Of a stretch of DNA of 64,000 bases, positions 57,568 to 64,000 are shown one piece after another. How positions within the stretch are numbered: position 1 is the stretch's first letter; each line of letters opens with the position of its first letter. The DNA is from Escherichia coli (GTDB taxonomy: Bacteria; Pseudomonadota; Gammaproteobacteria; Enterobacterales; Enterobacteriaceae): assembly GCF_041886205.1 (NCBI RefSeq), contig NZ_CP169031.1. The stretch is one strand, 5' to 3'. Position numbers and translations under genes: made by a program. The notes beneath the pieces are model-generated. The model did not search any database. It saw nothing but the letters and a program-made list of their open reading frames with translations, and was not told the DNA's origin.

Positions 57568-58001
57568 TACAGATAATCTTCCACACGAAGACCTAAACGA
57601 CGGCCTACTTCTTCCAGTACTTTGTGTTCTGCTGGCTCGATTTCACCGTCCGCTTCTGCAATTGTCAGCATGTTAACGAATACTTCTTCCGCTTCTTTTG
57701 GATCGTTTTTGATATCTTCAATTTCGCGAAGGATATTCATGCGACCAACACGGAAGCCAGCTTCCAGTTGCTCGGTAAAGCGGGTAATTGTTGCAGTAAT
57801 TTCGTTACCAAAATGACTAAGACGCGGATTAGAGCGGACAAGCTGATCAAGTTTCGCTGTTTCTTCTTTTTCGATTTCACCATCAGCGGCAGACACCAAC
57901 AAACAGCCACCGATGATGGCCTCCATCAGATCGCGATTCTCAACTTTTTTCAGCTCTACTTTTGCAGAAGCGACTTTCTTGCCGAACAATTTACCGAACA
58001 T
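57567..58001 (-). CDS. tciA: TerB-like tellurite-resistance-domain protein (TciA-like)
   Basis: 144 aa; two Asp/Glu metal-binding repeats (AADGEIEKEE ... EADGEIEPAE) typical of TerB domain. Confidence 0.7.
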   Translation of the reverse strand: MFGKLFGKKVASAKVELKKVENRDLMEAIIGGCLLVSAADGEIEKEETAKLDQLVRSNPRLSHFGNEITATITRFTEQLEAGFRVGRMNILREIEDIKNDPKEAEEVFVNMLTIAEADGEIEPAEHKVLEEVGRRLGLRVEDYL

Positions 58002-58928
58002 TGGTTATCCCTCAATAAAAGTGACATATTTATTAGATTGCGGTGCCGAGTGCCTCCCGGTGACGTTAACCAGTTAACAATTAACGTCGGAATGTTTAAC
58101 CATTAAGGAGGATTGTTTTAACTGTTCCGCGTGCGCTTAGCCGCATTCACCGCAACGGAAAGAGCATTCCTGGTGGACCTGTAGATTGGGATATGAACCC
58201 GTTACAGGAGAATGCTCTTACCTGTTACGTGCTCCGTTTCGTGGAGCTAACGGCGGGTGATCGGGCCGCACCAGACTGGACTTATTTCAGCGTTATGCTC
58301 ATGCCAGAGAATCAAACTGTGATGGTCGGTGCTGAACTCCGACACAGGGTTGTAGCAAGCCCCGCAAAGCGCGCACTACTGTAGTTGCGGCACATCAGCC
58401 TGTGCATTCACCACAATGTTGAGAACACTGGTTGTCACGCTGCAACGCAACATTTATTCGTAGATTGGGATATGACCCCGTTACGCCAGTGTTCTCAACG
58501 TTGTAGTGCCGGTTACGGTTCCGGCCAGGCCTCTTCCTCAACGGGGTGTTCTCCATACGGACTACCGTTTATTGGTCGTTCCTGCGGTTTATGTTGTGAA
58601 GCCAGATGCTTATCTTCTGGTTGCTTCAAAGAGCTGCACTTCATCACAACGGTAAGAGCACTCGATGCATTTAAGCCAAGCCCCATAAGGGAGAATGCCC
58701 TTACCTGTTGTGTTGTGATGACCGGTGCTGATCTCCGGCTTGCGGTTATTTCAGACTCTCACGGGCGTTTAATTGCCCCGCCGAACAGCTCTTTTCCGCA
58801 ATAGCTGCAATGTCTTTCGCGCATCAGCCTGCGCATTCATCACAACGGTAAGGGTACTTCGTAGGGATTCGAACCCTCTGCCAAGCTCGGCGATCTCCGA
58901 CGTCGCAAAATACCCTTACCTGTTGTGC

Positions 58929-59004
58929 TGGTGCCGATTAACGGACTCGAACCGCTGACATCCTGCTTACAAGGCAGGCGCTCTACCAACTGAGCTAAAC
59001 CGGC
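58929..59004 (-). tRNA. tRNA-Thr (anticodon TGT)
   Basis: 76 nt: acceptor GCCGGTT/AATCGGC, D-arm GCTCAGTTGGTAGAGC, anticodon loop CTTGTAA, T-arm AGCGGTTCGAGTCCGTT, CCA encoded. Confidence 0.9.
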
Positions 59005-59006
59005 AT

Positions 59007-59082
59007 TGGCGATGGTGGATGGATTTGAACCATCGACCCGTTGATTAACAGTCAACCGCTCTAACCGCTGAGCTACACCATC
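59007..59082 (-). tRNA. tRNA-Asn (anticodon GTT)
   Basis: 76 nt: acceptor GATGGTG/CACCATC, D-arm GCTCAGCGGTTAGAGC, anticodon loop CTGTTAA, T-arm GATGGTTCAAATCCATC, CCA encoded; 2 nt from tRNA-Thr. Confidence 0.9.
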
Positions 59083-59748
59083 ACTTGCCGGGTACGTCTC
59101 CGGCGAGGGCTTCCACCTCCGTATGCTTTTCGGCGCACCGCGCCCTGGCTGCAATTCGGTAACAGGGGATGCATAACCCTGGCTTCCAGCGTGATTAGCG
59201 CTTTCAGCATGACGGGATATACCCGTAAATTCGTGGAACTGTACCCAAAGTGCTGTTAAGCACCGCTGTTACGCTGAAAAGAAAACGCAACAGGAAAGGA
59301 CGCTGACCAACAGATGGCCCCTTCTCGTTCATCTGGTTAATCACACCAGCGCCCTTACCTGTTGTGTCTCCCCGTTCCCTAATACACAGACGGGGACACT
59401 CTGCGGTCGATTTTTTGACGGGGGACGACTCATACCCCGTGGCGTCTGGCTTCTTAGGCCGCTACCATCATCAGATCATCGTTTGCATTTACTTTAATGG
59501 TCAGTTTCTAAACCGCCGCAAAGTCGCTAACCATGACGAAAACCCTGAAAAAAAACGCCCACCCGAAGATGGGCAAACTGGAAGCTCGTAACGCACTTCG
59601 GAGTTGCCACTTAGGCGCATGGTCAACCTGGCAACTCGGTGGTTTGTCTGGGAGGACTAGGCCCAGCCATGCTTACCGCCGCGCCTGTCGCGGCTAACAG
59701 CTAAATCGCTCTATAAATCACGATTCATTGAGGCGATATTACACTAAT

Positions 59749-59765
59749 AAATTTATTAGAGCAAT
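59749..59765 (-). promoter_or_regulatory. C1 operator (perfect consensus) at dmt 3' end, upstream of tRNA/tci/ban operon
   Basis: AAATTTATTAGAGCAAT, 17/17 to reverse complement of consensus; overlaps a partial forward copy (ACACTAATAAATTT). Confidence 0.75.
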
Positions 59766-62020
59766 ATACCTAAAACGTCATGAGCTACACCTCGAGTGTC
59801 CCCCTTACAAGACACAGAACGTCTGGCAAAAAGAGGTTCCACTCTGAAGCCACTGTCATGATAAAGCTCTCTGATATTTGGCGCGCCACTGTTAGTAATG
59901 AGAACCTTTGCACCTCGACGATGAGCATCCGTCAACAGAGACACCAGGCGTTTTTGCTCTTCAAACTTAAAGTCATGACCGGAATAGTTCGTGAATCCCT
60001 CTGTATTTGGAAGCGGTTCATACGGCGGATCGCAAAAGATGACATCTCCTTCTCCGGCAGCTTCAATCACCGCTGCAAAATCACCGCATACAAACTCAGA
60101 CCGCCCTTCCGCACCGAGGAAGGCTTCCATCTCCTGTAATGGGAAATACGGAGTTTTATACTTCCCATAACCGACATTGAACTCACCGGCCTGGTTGTAA
60201 CGCGTCAATCCGTTAAAACAATGTCGGTTCAGGAACAAAAACGCCGCTGCGCGATGTAAATCATCATAGACTTGTTTGTTAAACGCATTCCGTACTGCCA
60301 GGTATCCTTCCTGTGTGTTGTAGTCCTGGAAGAAACGATGTGCCAGAGTGATAAGTGAATGCGCCTCGCGTTGCAGAGTCTTGTAAAAGTTAATCAGGTC
60401 AGCATTCACATCATTTAGCAGATTTTCCTGGTATCCGGCATTCATGAAGACAGCTCCGCCACCAACGAAAGGTTCAATCAGGCGCTTCCCTTCTGGCAAA
60501 TAGCGAAAGATTTGTTCCAGAACACCAAATTTTCCACCAGCCCATTTGAATATGGACCGTTCGAATTCTGCCGCTGGTTTAACTTTTCGCTCTTTTGTTT
60601 TACTTCCTTCTTTCTGCCGACATACGGCCTTAGTAATCCGATCGCCAATCCAGCGCATTACTGGTATTGCCATACTATTGCCGATCGCTTTGTAACGCGG
60701 TCCGTCAGCTGCAAGCATCGCGGCCTCTTCTTCGCTTAAATCTGGATAGTGATTGCGAAGATATGCCAGTTCATCTGAATTAACTTTTTTACGCTTTTCC
60801 GTCGGGATCAACGTATGCCCATCAGGAAAACCTTGCAGCCTTTCACATTCGACAGGGGTAAGACGGCGGACAGCTACTTCTGCGTTTCTTACTTCATAGC
60901 AAACAGCTGTTGGATTTTTAGCCATTAGAGATGGTGAAGTATTCTTAGTTGCAGCATGTTGTGTACCGCTCATACGCTCAGGAAAAGCCAATGTAACAAG
61001 ATGCTCATGGCTTTCTTGCTCACGTGCCCGCAATGTACCATGCCCTTCTGACCAAAAACCTGCTCCTGTGCTGCTAAAAACGGCAAGGTCAGTGGCATCT
61101 TTAAAATCTCTTGCCTTTACTGTCGATGCGGTTTCATCGTCAATATATTCCCCAAATGCTGCCATCCTGAAAGCGTTTACGGCTTTCGTCGATTTCATAC
61201 CGGGTGGAATGTCAGCGTGTAGGCATGGATTTAGGCTTTCGCCACTGATTGCAGCGCCATTTGCAATAATGGCGGAAGCGATTTCCTTCTTTTTTCGGCT
61301 CGGCGCAATATCCCGGCGCACGCCTTCGAACTCAAAAAGTACCGTTGCGGGATCGAGGTCTGTTCGAGCACTTGCGACAACAAACACGCGTCGGCGTCGT
61401 TGTGCCACTCCGAAGTATTGGGCATCAAGGATTCTCCAGGCCACCTTTCGCTGCGGTCCATAAATACAACCACACTGCGGCCACTTTGGAGCATGGCAAC
61501 CGGTTTTGCCATCCCACCGCCAGAACGCGTTACTTTTTCCTGATTCAGGTCGATCACCTGGTTCAAATGGCGCATCTTCTCCAGCCAATCCGGCAAGGAA
61601 ACATCCGAAGGCGTTATCTGCCGATGACAGGACTCCTGGGACATTTTCCCAGACGATAACTGTCGGTTTGAGGAAGGACTCAGACCGTTTGTCGTCAATT
61701 GCATTTGCAAGCTCCACATACTTCAAAGTTAGCGCGCCGCGTTCATCATCAAGCCCACCACGTAAGCCCGCGATACTGAATGCCTGACAAGGTGTTCCCC
61801 CGACGAGCACATCAGGGGATTCGATTTCCCCAGCCAGGACTTTTTTGGCAAGTTTTGTCATGTCGCCAAGGTTGGCGACATGGGGCCAGCGGTGCGCAAG
61901 AACGGCAGATGGAAAAGGCTCGATTTCAGCAAACCACGCCGGACGCATACCCAACGGTTCCCAGGCAATACTCGCGGCTTCAATTCCACTGCAAACAGAT
62001 CCATAGCACAGCTCTTTCAC
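59756..62020 (-). CDS. dmt: Bifunctional DNA methyltransferase (C5-cytosine + N6-adenine; P1 Dmt-like)
   Basis: 754 aa; N-terminal C5-MTase motifs (SVCSGIEA; [12 protein letters not shown]; ENV), C-terminal Dam-like DPPY motif ([10 protein letters not shown]). Confidence 0.85.
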   Translation of the reverse strand: MKELCYGSVCSGIEAASIAWEPLGMRPAWFAEIEPFPSAVLAHRWPHVANLGDMTKLAKKVLAGEIESPDVLVGGTPCQAFSIAGLRGGLDDERGALTLKYVELANAIDDKRSESFLKPTVIVWENVPGVLSSADNAFGCFLAGLAGEDAPFEPGDRPESGKSNAFWRWDGKTGCHAPKWPQCGCIYGPQRKVAWRILDAQYFGVAQRRRRVFVVASARTDLDPATVLFEFEGVRRDIAPSRKKKEIASAIIANGAAISGESLNPCLHADIPPGMKSTKAVNAFRMAAFGEYIDDETASTVKARDFKDATDLAVFSSTGAGFWSEGHGTLRAREQESHEHLVTLAFPERMSGTQHAATKNTSPSLMAKNPTAVCYEVRNAEVAVRRLTPVECERLQGFPDGHTLIPTEKRKKVNSDELAYLRNHYPDLSEEEAAMLAADGPRYKAIGNSMAIPVMRWIGDRITKAVCRQKEGSKTKERKVKPAAEFERSIFKWAGGKFGVLEQIFRYLPEGKRLIEPFVGGGAVFMNAGYQENLLNDVNADLINFYKTLQREAHSLITLAHRFFQDYNTQEGYLAVRNAFNKQVYDDLHRAAAFLFLNRHCFNGLTRYNQAGEFNVGYGKYKTPYFPLQEMEAFLGAEGRSEFVCGDFAAVIEAAGEGDVIFCDPPYEPLPNTEGFTNYSGHDFKFEEQKRLVSLLTDAHRRGAKVLITNSGAPNIRELYHDSGFRVEPLFARRSVSCKGDTRGVAHDVLGILL

Positions 62021-62922
62021 TGCTTAGCCTCTCCACCAAGGGCATTTACCAGAGCATCAACCAGGCACGAAATTTCACTGGTTAACAGGAAGAAATCTGC
62101 GTCCAGTCGCTGCGCAACATCTTCACTATCAATATCAGAGTTCTGCTCAAGCAATTCATCCGCAAATTTGACGCTGGTAAGGCTGAAGTTATGGTCCAGT
62201 GTAAATTTAATGCGGTTCTGCCAGTCGAGTGCCAACTTAGTGACGAGCTTGCCAGCTTCCAGGTGTGTGGAAATTTCATCGCTTCCCAAATCCTGCTTTT
62301 TCACTCGGGCAATACCGCCATCCTCAAGCACTGCCTTAAGTTCTGCCGCATCCCCCATTTGAAATCCCTGTGGAGCACTACCATCACGTACCCAGTCGGT
62401 CAGCGTTAATTCAATGGGATTTTCAACACTCAGGGGAACAACAGGAAGAGAACCAAGAGACTTACGCATAAGCGCGAGCATATCCTCTGCCTGCCGCGCG
62501 CTGGCATTGATATAGATACGTTTAGTTGAACCGTCGTAGATCGCCTGGATAACAGAAAACTTTGAAAAAGCCCGTGGCAGAAGAGAATGCAGAACTTCGT
62601 CTTTCAGGGAGTCCTTCTCTGTTTTCTTCAGTTTACGCGCTTGTTCTTGCTCAAGTTTTTCAATTTTTTCTTGAATAGCTCGCTGGATAACCGGCGGGGG
62701 AAGAATTTTTGTTTCGCGCTTTGCTTCAACAAGGATAAAACCATTTCCATGCATAGCGATAACTTCGGAATTATCACCAAATGGCGATACAAAACCGAAC
62801 TTAGCCATATCCTGACTACCGCATGGCGTGAAAAGGATCATTTTCTTTTTATCTTCTAAGTCGGTCAGATCCGCCTCACGAGAAAGTTTATAAATAGTAA
62901 TGTTTTTCCAGTGCTTAAACAT
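62017..62922 (-). CDS. hrdC: RdgC-family recombination-associated protein (P1 HrdC-like)
   Basis: 301 aa from ATG 62922 (track ORF to 63036); strong similarity to E. coli RdgC as recalled ([15 protein letters not shown]...[13 protein letters not shown]...ALDWQNRI...LGGEAKQ). Confidence 0.8.
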   Translation of the reverse strand: MFKHWKNITIYKLSREADLTDLEDKKKMILFTPCGSQDMAKFGFVSPFGDNSEVIAMHGNGFILVEAKRETKILPPPVIQRAIQEKIEKLEQEQARKLKKTEKDSLKDEVLHSLLPRAFSKFSVIQAIYDGSTKRIYINASARQAEDMLALMRKSLGSLPVVPLSVENPIELTLTDWVRDGSAPQGFQMGDAAELKAVLEDGGIARVKKQDLGSDEISTHLEAGKLVTKLALDWQNRIKFTLDHNFSLTSVKFADELLEQNSDIDSEDVAQRLDADFFLLTSEISCLVDALVNALGGEAKQ

Positions 62923-63199
62923 GTTGTAACCCTTGAATATCAACCACAGAAAGCTCGTCTTTGTAGAAAAAGGCCAGGTTGTGGCACCCCCTCGTTTGAG
63001 CGTATGAGCTGGGACCAATTTCGTTCTTCCAGACAAATGGCTTCAAATCCGTACGGCGAAGCATAAAAACGCGATTTGTTCCGCTCTGATTCCCAATGAG
63101 GCAAAAGCCTTCTTTCACCTTGATAGCCTGCAAGTTGTCGAGTTCACCGCTGGTTACACGGCTATCGAACTCTTTGCGGCTTATTAGCTCCATCTGCAT
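62915..63199 (-). CDS. Hypothetical protein upstream of hrdC
   Basis: 94 aa from internal ATG 63199 (GGAG RBS); operator at 63271-63287 upstream; overlaps hrdC start by 8 nt. Confidence 0.35.
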   Translation of the reverse strand: MQMELISRKEFDSRVTSGELDNLQAIKVKEGFCLIGNQSGTNRVFMLRRTDLKPFVWKNEIGPSSYAQTRGCHNLAFFYKDELSVVDIQGLQHV

Positions 63200-63270
63200 C
63201 TGACGACTCCAAACAAATGCCCATTGAAGGGCGATGGCTGAATGGTACCGAAAATACGACATAAAAAACA

Positions 63271-63287
63271 ATATTTATTAGAGCAAT
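63271..63287 (-). promoter_or_regulatory. C1 operator-like site
   Basis: ATATTTATTAGAGCAAT, 16/17. Confidence 0.65.
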
Positions 63288-63368
63288 TTTGCAATAGTTG
63301 AACTCCATGTAGACCACAAACAACCTGAATTAAAATAACGAAAATCAGAGCAAATAATTGGTGATGAC

Positions 63369-63653
63369 GTGGCAAGTATTGCAACAAAAGACAGCATTTG
63401 TTCGGGGCACGGAGGATTCCCATCCAGGCCTCCTGTAGAGAGTGAACCACTACTTAAAGTCAACGGAGTCGAAGTGTTAGTTGATGGTAAGCAATATGCA
63501 CAGCATACCGATGGAAACAGTACGCACGGTGGGCAAGCTATATCAACCAGGGCATGGTTTACCGTCAATGGTAAAGGGATCGTATGCGTTGGTGACCCTG
63601 TTTCATGCGGATCTACCGTAGCGTCCGGAGACGGCCTGGTTCAGGTAAGTTAG
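63369..63653 (+). CDS. PAAR-like domain protein (tail spike tip)
   Basis: 94 aa, GTG start; Gly/Cys/His-rich (SICSGHGG...HTDGNSTHGGQ...CVGDPVSCGSTVASGDG) reminiscent of PAAR repeats. Confidence 0.5.
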   Translation: MASIATKDSICSGHGGFPSRPPVESEPLLKVNGVEVLVDGKQYAQHTDGNSTHGGQAISTRAWFTVNGKGIVCVGDPVSCGSTVASGDGLVQVS

Positions 63654-63661
63654 GAGATATC

Positions 63662-64000
63662 ATGCTGGAAAAAGACTACCAGTTATCCGCATATAAAAAA
63701 TTGGCCGCCGCCGGTGGGATGAAAACACCTGGTGCCATAACATCGGCACGAAACAGTGCTAACACAGCAAAACTGCTTGCAGAAGAATTGACCGGATTAA
63801 TTCTGGATACAATTGTCTATCCCGACACTATTACCAGCTATGTTTCAACGATCAGAACAACCACAACCGGCTTAACGAACATTGGAGAACTGGCAACTAA
63901 GCACGCGGACCTGTTGGCTGGTTATGCAGATCTGTCAATGCTGCTTCAACTCGATATTGGTTGGGATGTTTACTGCCGTGCTAATGAGCGAGAAGTTTCA
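63662..64000 (+). CDS. Hypothetical protein, 5' partial (runs off window end)
   Basis: ATG at 63662 with AGGAG RBS; open frame to window end (MLEKDYQLSAYKKLAAAGG...). Not in ORF track. Confidence 0.5.
   Translation, partial: MLEKDYQLSAYKKLAAAGGMKTPGAITSARNSANTAKLLAEELTGLILDTIVYPDTITSYVSTIRTTTTGLTNIGELATKHADLLAGYADLSMLLQLDIGWDVYCRANEREVS

Larger units (their letters stand above)
58150..59370. repeat. Family of four to five imperfect inverted-repeat elements with tRNA T-arm-like cores
   Basis: Arms related to CACAACGGTAAG(A/G)G ... C(C/T)CTTACCTGTTGTG at ~58151-58229, 58414-58503, 58642-58720, 58841-58927, plus partial copy ~59350; loops contain GGGAT(A/T)(T/C)GAACCC. Confidence 0.6.

Noticed and set aside
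58838-58927. Fourth hairpin element as an additional canonical tRNA (contains GGGTTCGAATCCC on minus strand)
   Set aside because: Could not fold into a cloverleaf: no D-arm or anticodon arm, and the acceptor pairing would be 10-16 bp; treated as tRNA-like repeat instead.
58150-59370. Possibility that the repeated hairpin elements are a CRISPR array
   Set aside because: Repeat units are imperfect inverted repeats, not short identical direct repeats with unique spacers; no cas genes nearby.

Overview
This window reads as about 64 kb of a P1-like temperate phage-plasmid from an enterobacterium, in inverted orientation relative to the usual P1 map. All gene names are assigned from motifs read in the translations and from remembered P1 gene order; no database search was run. 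Anchors: an exact loxP site with cre/cra, the c1 repressor with coi, pacA/pacB with a GATC-hexamer pac site, phd-doc, humD with a LexA box, the antirestriction genes (hdf-darA-ddrA-ddrB and ulx-darB), ssb, a SAR endolysin, portal/protease, ban helicase, three tRNAs (Ile/Met-CAT, Thr, Asn), tciA-like TerB, the dmt methyltransferase and an RdgC homologue. At least 13 copies of the 17-bp C1 operator motif (ATTGCTCTAATAAATTT) sit upstream of operons. Accessory content: an IS66-family element between cin and the lydA/darA operon; a complete type I R-M system (hsdM-hsdS-hsdR, EcoR124I-like) with a 2x TAEL repeat in HsdS; an AT-rich two-gene cassette (GNAT acetyltransferase plus a 213-aa unknown) where P1 carries res/mod; a DUF2829 (Tad2-like) fusion protein in the ssb operon; and a family of tRNA-like hairpin repeats beside the tRNA genes. 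The GNAT cassette and the DUF2829 gene pair are the best candidates for an undescribed defence or counter-defence module. Exact gene starts, IS boundaries and P1 gene names for small ORFs are uncertain.
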